Assembly: GCA_963826525.1 (NCBI GenBank)
Contig: CAWGXH010000004.1
Coordinates: 160,001-224,000, forward strand
DNA: 64,000 bases
Direction of reading: 5' to 3'
DNA from: an uncultured Methanomicrobiaceae archaeon
GTDB taxonomy: Archaea; Halobacteriota; Methanomicrobia; Methanomicrobiales; Methanoculleaceae
Shown here one piece after another: positions 23,904 through 34,990 of the stretch (positions within the stretch are counted from its first letter, which is position 1; each line of letters begins with the position of its first letter). The notes below the pieces were generated by a model that was not told the origin of the DNA, made no database searches, and worked only from the letters and a program-made list of their open reading frames with translations. Made by a program: the position numbers and the translations under genes.

Positions 23904-25157
23904 GTCGTCCATCCTCCGGACAGGTACCCTCAACCACCACGGTACGGGGTTCCTCGGGCACGTACAGCACCTCGCGCAGGGCTTCCTCGTCACCGGCAGT
24001 AACGGTGAACGGCTCCGCCCAGGCGAGGTACTTATGGATATCGTATGCGGGGTGACCACCGGTCATCCCCATACGGTTGTTCTTCAGAACGATACAGAGA
24101 AGCGGTTTACGCTTCTCATAGACGTCAATGAGAGCGTTGATGCCGGAATGGAGCAGGGCATAGTCCCCGGTGAGTGCTACCCTCGTGCTGGCCGCAGCAA
24201 CGGCGACGGACGACCCGAGGCCGTAACTTGCCTCGCCCACCCGGTAGGGGGGATTCATCGCCAGCACCGAGCAGCCCATATCGCAGATCGCCCGAAGACC
24301 CCGCTTCCTCATAAGGGAGAAGACAGCGATGGAACGGGCACTCCCGGCAGAATGTCCGATGAGTAGCCGCGGGTCTCCATCCGTTCCGGAGTCCCGGAGA
24401 GAACGGGAGGTTTGCACCACCGGTGCTCCCGCAGAAACGGCCGGCCGTGCTCGCAGGTATCGGCAAGGAGTGCCGGTTCTGCAGGCGGGGGATAGACCGT
24501 GACGGCCTGTGATTCTCCGAAGCACGTACCGACACCGACCGTTCCGCCCGTCACGCGGTTCAGCGAAGAATCGCGCGACCAGGCAAACATGGCGGCAGTC
24601 CGCCGTTCGGCATCGGCAACACGGCCTGGAAGCGTCAGCCCCGGATCGGCAAGCCGACCGGTGCCGCTCGTTCGCACGACCTCCCCTTCAGGGATATCGG
24701 CATCGAGAAGGAATGGGGTGACCCGGAGCAGTGCGGCGCGGGAGAAGGTCTCCGAAGCTTCGAACGCAGTCTCCACCGCCTGCCGACAGGTTGCGATGCC
24801 CGGTTCCAGCACGGGGATCTCTGCCAGTTCCCCGTAGTAGCGGGAGTCCTGAGCGTTCTGCGACGCCACCACGTCGACATCGTCCCCTGCGACGACCACC
24901 ACGCCCCCGCGAAGTCCCTGGGTGGTTGCGTTGACCAGCGGGTCGGCACAGGCGTTCAGCCCGACGTGTTTGACCACGACTGCCGCCCGGCGGCCGGCGA
25001 GGGAGTCCCCGAGGGCGTACTCGAGTGCCACCTTCTCGTTGACGGCAATCTCGGCGTCGAGAAGCGCCGCAAGCCCGGAGATGGGATAGCCCGGAACGGT
25101 GTAAAACCGGTCGGCGGAACGCCGGAGTGCCGATGCAAGCGCCGCATCACCCTTCAT
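23884..25157 (-). CDS. Thiamine-diphosphate-dependent enzyme, truncated IorA-like (two frameshifts at ~24330-24362)
   Basis: VPGYP, VNEKVALE, KHVGLN.CADP, SQNAQD, FCRECPF, DMGCS, GDYALLHSG...LKNNRMGMTGG; no C-terminal ferredoxin domain. Confidence 0.85.
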
Positions 25158-26126
25158 GGTGTATCCCTCCCCGGCACAAGGTCGCAGCCGGTGCAGGCCG
25201 AGCACATCGAAAGAGCGTTTTTCGGCCTGATGTCCTCACGCTGCAGGGCTCGTTCATGGATCTCCAAGATCCGGAGGAGCCGGGATGCAGACGGGCGAGG
25301 TCTGTCGGCAAGGTCGGCTGCCGGCGAGAGTGGGCGGAGTACCGGGGATGACCCCAATCCGGGCGAGGTCGGTGATGCACCGCTCAAGGTCTTCGTCCGT
25401 CTCGCCAAGGCCGACGATGACGTTCGAGAAGACACGGCCACGGCCGAAGAGTGCAACCGACTGCCGGAGCACCTCCCATACGAATCCCCAGTCAAGGCCG
25501 GGGCACATCTCTGCGAAAATGGCAGGGGTCGCCGCCTCGATATTGAACTTCACTTCGGCAACACCGAGGTCGTGGAGCAGGCGGGGGGTGTTCTTTGTCG
25601 GGTAGATGGAGACGCCGATCGGAAGATCGAACCGCCGTAGCGCCTTCACGACATCGAGCACGTATGCTTCTTCCTCCGGAACCGTCGATGCAACCCCGGA
25701 CGTGATCGAGATGGCGTCGATCCCGTCCTTCACGCTCCCGACGAGTCCGACGATCTCATCGACCGATTTCCGCCTTCCCTCGAGAGACGGAACCGGGCAG
25801 TAGCGGCACCGGAAGATACACCTCCCGGTGACGGTGATGTACGCTTGCCGGGGGCAGTGCAGGGCCGCCGGTTCAAGCCGGCCGAAGACCGGCTCGCCCC
25901 CGATGATCAACTGTGCCTCCCCACCGCCTGTGTGTTCGAGCGTAAGAAGGGCTGCCGGATCGACGGTCAGCCTGACACGGCGGTCACCGACGGCAAAGAA
26001 GACCGAACCCGACCCTCCGGCAGAAGGACCGGCAGCGGAGCGGGATACATAGGTATCCGCCGCTTCTCCGGTCAGCCTGACCGAGCCCTCCGCAAGCAGG
26101 GTTGCCTTCAGTCGTTTCCAGTCCAT
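25154..26126 (-). CDS. Radical SAM protein, biotin-synthase-related (+1 frameshift at ~25345)
   Basis: LHCPRQA, CIFRCRYC (CxxxCxxC), ITSG, NVIVGLGE; C-terminal CSACTGCD. Confidence 0.88.
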
Positions 26127-27001
26127 AACGCGAGCGCCTCGTCGTATCTGGTCGCAAAGGGGATCGCGGCCACCGCCCCGATGATGCCCCGGCCATCCAT
26201 GGCGATCGTCAGGCGGGGATCGTCGAGTGCCGCGAGGTCGTCGTGCGAGACCTCGCCGCTCTTGACCTTCCGCCCGAACACCTCGAGCGGCCCTGGATGA
26301 AAACCGCGGTAGACGGCCATACCGGTCTTGTCGGAGAGCGTGTACTCCTCGAGATACTCCCGGAAACGCCGGACGAGCCCCACCGGATCGTCGGACGCGA
26401 ACTCGCAAGCGATTGCAACGCAGTTCTTCGTCCGATACGGGACAGGGTAGAGTTGAACGATGGTGTGAGAGAGGTAGCGAGACCGCGCATCCTCGACCGC
26501 GCGTGCGATGTTGTGCGCCAGCGTCCAGGTCGCACCCTCCTCGGGGGTATCCGTATCGTCCACCCCTATCAGCACCCGTTCTCTCCTCGGGAGCCAGATG
26601 GTGGAGCCGGCAAGCCTCCCCCCGCCGGCGGGGTCGCTCCGGAATCGGGTGACCCCGGGCGCGGATGCACGGCATATGGAGGCGCCGACGCCTCCGCCCC
26701 CAAGACCACGGTAGGTGATGGCGATCTCGGAATCATCCACCTCGACGCCGGCGATCCCCGCCGGGAATCGCGAGCCTTCGAGGGCAAGGTCGGCTAAACC
26801 GGTCCTGAGAAGATACCGGTTCGTCGACCCGACGGTGCGGATCGATTCGACAAGCGGGCTCTGCGCGTAGTGGTGTTTCACCCACATCGCCCCTCCGACA
26901 CAGTCGAAGAACTCTACCAGCTCGACACGAGTTCCGTCGTCGTCTGCCACCGCGACGATCTGAGGATACCGGATCGTGTAGGGATCAGAGAGTTTCTCCA
27001 T
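26108..27001 (-). CDS. mmp11: Methanogenesis marker protein 11 family
   Basis: VEFFDCVGGAMW, AGI, GLGGGGVGASICR, IGVDDTDTPEEGATW, QLYPVPYRTKNC, GIIGAVAAI. Confidence 0.75.
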   Translation of the reverse strand: MEKLSDPYTIRYPQIVAVADDDGTRVELVEFFDCVGGAMWVKHHYAQSPLVESIRTVGSTNRYLLRTGLADLALEGSRFPAGIAGVEVDDSEIAITYRGLGGGGVGASICRASAPGVTRFRSDPAGGGRLAGSTIWLPRRERVLIGVDDTDTPEEGATWTLAHNIARAVEDARSRYLSHTIVQLYPVPYRTKNCVAIACEFASDDPVGLVRRFREYLEEYTLSDKTGMAVYRGFHPGPLEVFGRKVKSGEVSHDDLAALDDPRLTIAMDGRGIIGAVAAIPFATRYDEALALWTGND

Positions 27002-27942
27002 ACAGCCCTGCCGCTTCACTACCCTTGTTCGCCCAGAGCACCGCGCCAAGTGCCCCAATCCGCCCTTTCCTCCCGGTACGGTCGATGTATTGGATGCCGA
27101 GCCGCTCTGCTTCCGCGTGCGCTTCGTCAAGCGTCAGGATATCCGTCTTCACCCGCCGGAGGAACTCCGATTCTTCAGGGAACGCAATCCCCCGGAAGAC
27201 GGCGATACCCGTATCGTTGCTGACTGCCCGGGACTCGATGAAATCGCGCACGTAGGTAAGAAGTTCGTCGACCCGGCCCGGCATGAACCGCAAAGTTCAG
27301 TGCAGAACCCACGCAGTTCGTCGTCTTCTTCGGCACGGCAGGGTTCAGCTGCACGAGGCGCATATCTAGGTACTCGACTCCCGGGATGGCGCAGCTCTCG
27401 GCGCACTGCAGGGCGAGCACCCAGGTGGCTCCCTCTTCCCGGGTATCGGTGTCGTCGATGCCGATCGTCACCTTCTCATAGCGTGGCGAGACGATCCGAA
27501 CCCGGCACGTCCGGGCACCGCCGGGCCTGAGGTCGTCTTCGGACAGGTACTCCGTGCGGATCACCCCGGGTGCCTGGGGGAGGCAGGCGGCGATGCCGAC
27601 ACCGGCACCGGCGATCCCCGACCAGGAGGTTACCACTTCATCGCCCTGCACCTCGACACCCTCGAGCGCCTGCCCGCCGATCTCGCGATCCGCCGCCCCG
27701 AAGTTCACCGGGGATCTCCCGAGGTTCGCGAGCATCGTCATCGACGTTCCCTCGACGAAGGCCGATCGGAGAGCGCCTCCGGCACGGCGCCGATTCGCGG
27801 CATCCCACTCGATGGTGCCCCGTGCCCGGCACTGCTCGCGTACTTCCGCAACTCCTGCCTTCTCATCAATCATAACGAGAAACTTCCGGGCAAACAGCGG
27901 CCCGTAGCGTGCCCTGACATCCTCCGGCGTGAGCGTAACCAT
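26985..27942 (-). CDS. Second, divergent Mmp11-family protein (+1 frameshift at ~27286)
   Basis: MVTLTPEDV, GIAGAGVGIAAC, IGIDDTDTREEGATW, VQLNPAVPKKTTNC, GRIGALGAV. Confidence 0.72.
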
Positions 27943-27983
27943 GGTATCACCGAAAATTTCGTTAACAGGTTTATCGTTGACGA

Positions 27984-27998
27984 GAATATATATAAAAA
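27984..27998 (-). promoter_or_regulatory. TATA box for the mmp11-aks operon
   Basis: Minus strand TTTTTATATATATT about 45 nt upstream of the ATG at 27942, downstream of the ftr T-tract. Confidence 0.55.
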
Positions 27999-28033
27999 GA
28001 TCGATCCGGGGCGAAAGCAGAGAAAAAAAGGGT

Positions 28034-28942
28034 TTAAAGTTCGTCCGCGAGGACGTCTTTGAGATCGAACCTGAACGGACCGAGGCTGCCACCGAAGTTT
28101 CCGGCACTGATGAACTTCACGCCGGGGACCTTGGTCGCGGCCTTGATGCCTTCTGACATAGCCAGTTTAACGGCATCTTCGTCGACACCGTCGATGACGA
28201 TCTCGTAGATGGCCTTGACGCCATCAGGAACGTTGCTGTTCTCGACCTTCCCTTTCAGGGTAGGACAGTAGGCTTCGTTGGTGCTTGCGGGCATGAACTT
28301 ATACTTCTTGCTGCCCACCTTGGAACCGCTGGCGACGATACCACCGGGGAACGGCGTGATGACACCGCAGACACCACTGATCGCGTCGACTGCGGCCTGT
28401 GCCCCCATGAGAGCGGACATCTGCGTCTCTCCCATGACGAAGAAGTTACCGCCGGCAACTCCCTTCACGGCACCGAACTCTTCCTCGCCGATGTACTCAC
28501 CCTCCATGATCGGGATGGCCCACACCGTTCTGCCGCCGACTTCACGCTTCTCCTCGTATCCGTCACCGAAGAAGTGGAGTTTGACCGGGATCTTCTCGGC
28601 GACTTCTGCAATAACGTCACCGAGACCGTCGAATGCGGCAGTCGTCGGTGCGGTCAGGATGCATTCGCTGATCCGCTCGACGAGCTGCTCTTTCAGCTTC
28701 TTCTTGCTTGCACAGATCAGGATGGCATAGCCCGGCCTGCCGTCGGGAGTCTCGTCGGGTGAGACGAAGCAGTCGATTCCGGCTTCTGCAGGGCAGCCGA
28801 TAGCGGAAGTGGCAAAGCCAACCGCCTCGACGGCTGATTTGTATGCCCATTCCTCAGTTACTGCCGTGATGACGACCCGTGCTACCCAGGTCGGGAAGGC
28901 CTCTGCATACGTATCGTCAATCGGTACACCATTAAGTTCCAT
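28034..28942 (-). CDS. ftr: Formylmethanofuran:H4MPT formyltransferase
   Basis: [65 protein letters not shown]. Confidence 0.97.
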   Translation of the reverse strand: MELNGVPIDDTYAEAFPTWVARVVITAVTEEWAYKSAVEAVGFATSAIGCPAEAGIDCFVSPDETPDGRPGYAILICASKKKLKEQLVERISECILTAPTTAAFDGLGDVIAEVAEKIPVKLHFFGDGYEEKREVGGRTVWAIPIMEGEYIGEEEFGAVKGVAGGNFFVMGETQMSALMGAQAAVDAISGVCGVITPFPGGIVASGSKVGSKKYKFMPASTNEAYCPTLKGKVENSNVPDGVKAIYEIVIDGVDEDAVKLAMSEGIKAATKVPGVKFISAGNFGGSLGPFRFDLKDVLADEL

Positions 28943-30003
28943 ATCTTCACCTCGTTTCTACAATGTCATGATCTTGCTAGAATAAAGTTTCTTTTTAATC
29001 CGCACCGGAGCAGGAAGACCGTCCTCCGGAGTGACGACGCCACCAAAACCCCCTCCTTTTGCGCCGCCGGGGACGGATGAAAGAGCGATCGATAAACGGG
29101 ATATTACCGCAGATTCCGAAAATACCCCATTTAAACAGAGAAAAGCACCAATAGCGCCACGGATAGAGGGTTTTTGAGGGGCAGTGACGACATGAACGGA
29201 CACTGAAATTTGACAGGTTCGACCTGGATACCGAAAACAATAAATCGGCTATCAGGTCACGAATAGCCCCATACGGAATAGTATCAGGGTTTCAAAGAGA
29301 CTGCGAGGGCGTGAGATTCCACAACCATTTCGAACAGTCCTGTGGATAGACCGCCGTAGATGCCGATAACGTCCGTTATGAACCAGAGTGTATCCGGAAT
29401 GTGAAAAAGGACACCATACCACTGCTATCACCGAAGGAATGTATATACCATTGCAGGACTCCCGTCACCGGGAGTAAATGAGATAAAATTGTCACCCAAT
29501 TCAACCCAAAGACAGGGACTCTAAGGACATGGAGCATCGGCACTATCGCGCCCCCCGAAAGAAGGGCGGTCAGGAAACCCGGGGCAGCAGAGATGTTTTT
29601 TCGCACTTTACAGAATAACTGTAGAGAAACGGGAAATTACCGAAAGAATAGGAACTATCAAGCGCATCATATATTGGATAGAGCATATGCGGCAAAAATA
29701 TAAAATGACACAGATAAAACATCCTCGGATACCAACACAGGAAAACGAACAGAATCATAGGTGACCGGGCGGGCAGCAGAGTTGTTGGATATATACCTTC
29801 TGATTTGCGTCTGAAGCCGCACTGCAAACAGGAAGAATACCCGGTCGGATTTAGTTAACCCGGTTACTTATTTAATATATTAAGATTAATATAAGAAATC
29901 ATTATCAGATTTAAAGACTGCGATAATGCAGAAGGTTTATGTATATTATTTGACAACTTTTTACATATCGATTTCTAATCGATCAGATCTGGTGCGTGAT
30001 ACC

Positions 30004-30276
30004 ATGGCATTTGCATTGCACATCAATATGGAACGATGTACAGGCTGTAACAACTGCGTGGTGGCATGCCCTGTGGACGCTCTCGAACTCTACACTGAAG
30101 ATCCTGTAACCAAGGACAAGATCTACAGGGTCAAGGACGGCAAGGCTGTTGTCCTTGACTTCAACTCAGAGCTCTGCGCCGGTTGCGGCGTATGTGTCCA
30201 GGCATGCCCCTACGATGTGATACGGCTTGTTGGACCGTGGGAAGCCAGGGCAAAGACCCGGAAAGCGGTAGTATAG
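30004..30276 (+). CDS. fwdG: Formylmethanofuran dehydrogenase subunit G (2x[4Fe-4S])
   Basis: ERCTGCNNCVVACP and CAGCGVCVQACP; first gene of the fwd/hdr operon. Confidence 0.85.
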   Translation: MAFALHINMERCTGCNNCVVACPVDALELYTEDPVTKDKIYRVKDGKAVVLDFNSELCAGCGVCVQACPYDVIRLVGPWEARAKTRKAVV

Positions 30277-30291
30277 GAGTGATTTCAATCT

Positions 30292-31452
30292 ATGGCACTG
30301 TTTCCAAAATACTCTAAAAAACAGGAAGGCCAGAACGTCATCATGGAGCAGAGGCTCCTGAAGAGCGTTAACAACCTGATCCTGAACTCCGAGACATGCA
30401 CGGGATGCGGTATCTGCGTCGATGCATGTCCTGAAGAGGCAATCGTGCTCGGACCAGTCGGTGCGGCACGCAGAGGGGCAGTTGACTACGCAGCACCCGT
30501 CGACGTCGACGCTGAGAAGTGTTCGTACTGTGGTGTCTGTGTGATCATGTGTCCGTTCAACGCGATGACCCTGAAGATCGACGAGGAGGAGCGACTCCCG
30601 ATCCTCGAGCAGGAAGGGTTCCCCCAGTATGACATGGTCACTGCCATCGACGAAGAGAAGTGCAGCAGATGCACTACCTGCGCCGATGTCTGTCCAAGGG
30701 ACGCAATCTCCCGCGATGTGCCCGCATTTGAGGGGACGAGCGCGGAAGGGAAGCCCCGTCAGGCAGCCCTGCAGACCAAGACGACGTTCAATGTAGATAC
30801 CGAGAAGTGCAACATCTGCGGCGTCTGCGGAGAGCTCTGTCCCGCAATCGACGTAAAACGAAAGCCCATCAGTGCCGAATCCGGCAAGATCGAGGGCGAA
30901 GTCAAGTGGGACGAGTCACAGTGTGATGCCTGCCAGGTCTGTGTCGAGGCCTGCCCCGAGGAATGTATCACCGTTGTGCGCGAAGTCATCAGCGACAAGC
31001 TCCCCGGCAAGGTCGATATCGTTCAGGACAACTGTTGCACCTGTACCTGGTGCGTCGAGTCCTGCCCCGAGGAAGCGATCACGGTGGAGAAGATCTTCGA
31101 GGGCGACATCGAGTTCCACCCCGAGAAGTGCCCCGGCGGCTGCTCCACCTGCGTCGAGGTCTGCCCCTGCAACGCAATCTACCTGCCAAGCCCCGTCCCT
31201 GCCAAGCAGATGAAGGGCGAGATTGAGGCGAACATCGCCGTCAACAAGGACTACTGCATCCTCTGCGGCGCATGTGTGAATGCCTGCCCCGGCGAGGATA
31301 TCATCGTCCTGCGGCGCACCGGTGTCCGCATGAAGGGTAAGGAGACCGACCTCTTCAAGCGTATCAAGGAAAAGCTCCTCGTACCAAGAACCTCGAAGGT
31401 CAAGGAGTCATCCCCCGGTGAGGCTGAAGTCAAAGTTCTGGGAGAAGCGTGA
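30292..31452 (+). CDS. fwdF: Formylmethanofuran dehydrogenase subunit F (polyferredoxin)
   Basis: Eight CxxCxxCxxxCP-type motifs. Confidence 0.88.
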   Translation: MALFPKYSKKQEGQNVIMEQRLLKSVNNLILNSETCTGCGICVDACPEEAIVLGPVGAARRGAVDYAAPVDVDAEKCSYCGVCVIMCPFNAMTLKIDEEERLPILEQEGFPQYDMVTAIDEEKCSRCTTCADVCPRDAISRDVPAFEGTSAEGKPRQAALQTKTTFNVDTEKCNICGVCGELCPAIDVKRKPISAESGKIEGEVKWDESQCDACQVCVEACPEECITVVREVISDKLPGKVDIVQDNCCTCTWCVESCPEEAITVEKIFEGDIEFHPEKCPGGCSTCVEVCPCNAIYLPSPVPAKQMKGEIEANIAVNKDYCILCGACVNACPGEDIIVLRRTGVRMKGKETDLFKRIKEKLLVPRTSKVKESSPGEAEVKVLGEA

Positions 31453-31461
31453 GGGATAGTC

Positions 31462-32043
31462 ATGGCAAGAGCGAAGAATTACAAAGACCCAAAACTTGCA
31501 GAGAAACTCCGGGACCGGAAGTTCTACACAACCGACAGTAACCCCGAGTTCCTCAAGGAAGTCGAGAAGATCGGGCAGACGCCCGCCCACATGTGCTATC
31601 AGTGCGGTACCTGCACCGGTTCGTGCCCGTCGGCACCCAGAAGCTCCTACCGGATCCGGCTGTTCATGCGTAAGGCCGTCCTCGGACTCGAAGAGGAAAT
31701 ACTCACCGATCCCGACCTCTGGCTCTGCACCACCTGCTACAGCTGCACCGACCGCTGCCCGCGCGACCTCGCGCCGACCGACGTCATCATGGCGATGAGG
31801 AACCTCGCCTTCAAGCGCGACATCATTCCACGCAACTTCCTGCAGACCGTTCAGCTGATCTACAAGTCCGGTCACGGCGTTCCGAACAACGACGTCAACC
31901 GGGCAGCTCGCGTGAAACTCGGGCTCGAAGCCGAACCTGAGACCACTCACAAGTACCCCGAGTATCTGCCGGGTATCCGGAAGATGCTGGACCACTACAA
32001 GCTGAAAGAGGAAGCAGACCGAATATTAGCAAAGGGTGAGTGA
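31462..32043 (+). CDS. hdrC: Heterodisulfide reductase subunit C
   Basis: CYQCGTCTGSCP, WLCTTCYSCTDRCPR, GHGVP. Confidence 0.95.
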   Translation: MARAKNYKDPKLAEKLRDRKFYTTDSNPEFLKEVEKIGQTPAHMCYQCGTCTGSCPSAPRSSYRIRLFMRKAVLGLEEEILTDPDLWLCTTCYSCTDRCPRDLAPTDVIMAMRNLAFKRDIIPRNFLQTVQLIYKSGHGVPNNDVNRAARVKLGLEAEPETTHKYPEYLPGIRKMLDHYKLKEEADRILAKGE

Positions 32044-32047
32044 AACC

Positions 32048-32954
32048 ATGAGCAGCAACAATATGCATCAGTATGCATTTTTCCTGGGATGTATCGCCCC
32101 GAACCGCTACCCCGGTATCGAGGCGGCAGCCATCAAGACCAGCAAGAAGGTCGGCATCGAGCTGCTCCCCCTCAAGGGCGCGAGCTGCTGCCCGGCACCC
32201 GGCGCGTTCGGTTCTATCGACCTGAACGTCTGGTATGCGATGGCGGCACGTAACATCGTCCTTGCAGAGCAGATGAATATGGACATCGCCCTGATCTGCA
32301 ACGGGTGCTACAAGTCCATCTGGGAAGTCAACCACAAACTGAAACACAACGACGAACTTCGCGACCAGGTCAACGAAGTGCTCAAAGAGATCGACATGGA
32401 GTTCAAGGGAACTGTCGATGTCTGGCACCTCGCCGAGCTCTACTACGACCCCGAGATCGTCGGTGTGAAGAAACTCGCCGACAGCGTCACCCGGCCCCTC
32501 ACCGGTGCGAAGATCGCCGTCCACTACGGCTGTCACCTGATGAAGCCGAGGAAAGAGCGGCACTTCGGCAACACCGAAGACCCCATGTGGATCGAGGAAC
32601 TGGTCGCCGCACTCGGCGCCGAGCCCGTTCAGTACCCGCAACAAGATGCAGTGCTGCGGTGCAGGCGGCGGTGTTCGCGGATTCGACCTCGTTCACGCCC
32701 TCGATATCACGAACGAGAAGCTGATCAACCTGCAGGAAGTCGGTGTGGATGCAGTCACCGAGGTCTGTCCGTTCTGTCAGCTCCAGTTCGACAGAGGTCA
32801 GATCGAGATCGAGGAGAAGTTCGGCAGCACGTACGGCCTCCCCGTGCTGCACTTCAACGAGCTCCTCGGACTGGCACAGGGCATGAACCCGGACGAGCTT
32901 GCTCTCGACCTCCACGCAATCAGTGTTGAGCCGTTCCTGAAGAAGATCCTTTGA
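32048..32954 (+). CDS. hdrB: Heterodisulfide reductase subunit B (+1 frameshift at ~32636)
   Basis: FLGC, SCCPAPG, CNGC, HYGCH, CCGAGGG, VCPFCQLQFD CCG motifs. Confidence 0.95.
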
Positions 32955-32964
32955 GGTGCAAAAT

Positions 32965-34990
32965 ATGGCAGAAGTAAAAAAGAACGAAGAGCAGCCTAAG
33001 ATTGGCGTTTTTGTGTGCCACTGCGGTACCAATATTGCGGGCTCCGTCAACATTCAGGAAGTCAAGGATTACGCCATGACGCTCCCGAACGTTGTCGTCG
33101 CCGACGAATACCAGTACATGTGCTCGACACCAGGCCAGGGAAAGATCGCCGACGCCATCAAGGAGCACGACCTGACCGGCATCGTCGTTGCGGCGTGTTC
33201 CCCGCGTCTCCACGAACCCACCTTCAGAAACGCAACGAAGGCAGGCGGGTTAAACCCCTTCCGGTTCGAGATGGCGAACATCCGTGAGCAGAACTCCTGG
33301 GTGCACATGCACCAGCCTGAGGAAGCAACAGCAAAAGCAAAGGACGCAGTCAGGATTGCCGTCGCAAAGGCATCCAAACTCGAGGACCTCTTCCCGAAGA
33401 GCGTTCCCGTTGAGAAGTCCGCGATGGTGGTCGGCGGTGGTGTCGGCGGTATGCAGGCAGCACTCGACCTTGCCGACGCAGGCATCAAGACCTACCTCGT
33501 CGAGAAGACCCCGACGATCGGCGGGCGTATGTCCCAACTCGACAAGACGTTCCCGACACTCGACTGCTCGCAGTGCATCCTGACCCCGAAGATGGTGGAC
33601 GTATACAGGAACGAGAATATCGAGCTCCTCACCTACACCGAAGTCGAGGAAGTGCAGGGATACATCGGCAACTTCGACGTCACGCTCAGAAAGAAGGCCC
33701 GCGGTGTCATCACCCCCGCCGAGGCCGAGGCACGAGGCATCGTCGGCGGCGGCTGTACCGGCTGCGGCGACTGTGTCACGGTCTGCCCCGTCATCAAGCC
33801 GAACGTCTTCGAGCTCGGCATGGCTCCACGAAAAGCCATCTATGTCTATCACCCACAGGTCGTTCCGCTCATCTACACCGTCGACTTCGACTCCTGTGTC
33901 AAGTGCGGTCTCTGTGTCGAGGCATGCGGCACGAAGAAGGCAATCGACCTCGAGATGGAAGACGAGCTCGTCACCGTCAAGGTGGGAACCGTCGTCCTGG
34001 CACTCGGGTACGAGATCTTCCCCATCGAGAAGAAGTTCGAGTGGGGCTACAAGAACTTCGACAACGTCATCACCTCGCTCGAGTTCGAGCGCCTGATTCT
34101 GTGCTTCCGGCCCGACCGGCGGCAAGCTGATCCGCCCGAGCGACGGCGAAAAGCCGAAGAAGATCGCCTTCGTGCTCTGTGCGGGTTCCCGTGACAACAC
34201 CGGCGTCGGCAAGCCCTACTGTTCACGGTTCTGTTGCATGTACTCGCTGAAGCACGCCCACCAGATCATCGAGAAGATGCCCGGAGCAATCCCGTATATC
34301 TTCTACATGGACATCCGTTCCTTCGGTAAGATGTACGAGGAGTTCTACTACCGTATTCAGGACGAGGGCGCGAAGTTCATCCGCGGCAGGGTTGCAAACA
34401 TCACCGAGGACCCCGAGAGCAAGAACCTCTTCGTCCACGCAGAGGATACGCTCCTCGGCCGGCCGGTCGATCTCGAAGTCGACATGGTCGTTCTCGCCGC
34501 CGCCATTCAGCCCACCACCGAGACCGAGAAGACCCGAAGACTCTTCGGTGTCTCGTGCTCGCAGGACGGCTGGCTGCTTGAAGCACACCCGAAGTTGAAC
34601 CCGTGCGGCACCACCACTGCCGGCGTCTACCTCGCCGGTGCCTGCCAGGGACCAAAGGATATCCCCGACACGGTCGCCCAGGCAGAGGGTGCGGCATCCG
34701 CAGCATCGATCCCGATCCACAAGGGAGAGGTCGAGCTCGAGCCCTACTTCGCCCAGTGTATGGAAGACAAGTGTGCGGGCTGCGGTCTCTGTGTGCCCCA
34801 GTGCCCCTACTCTGCGCTTGCGCTCGTCGAGAAGGACGGCAGGACGGTCATGCAGGTCACCGAGGCAAAGTGTAAGGGCTGCGGTACCTGCGGCGGATTC
34901 TGCCCCGGCGGCGCTATCTGGATGCAGCACTTCGCAACCCCGCAGATCATTGCACAGATTGACGCATTCCTCCTTGGAGGTGAGCAGTAA
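32965..34990 (+). CDS. hdrA: Heterodisulfide reductase subunit A (+1 frameshift at ~34097)
   Basis: VFVCHCGTNI, ACSPRLHE, VGGGVGG, KTFPTLDCSQC, YCSRFCCMY, GACQGPKDI. Confidence 0.96.
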
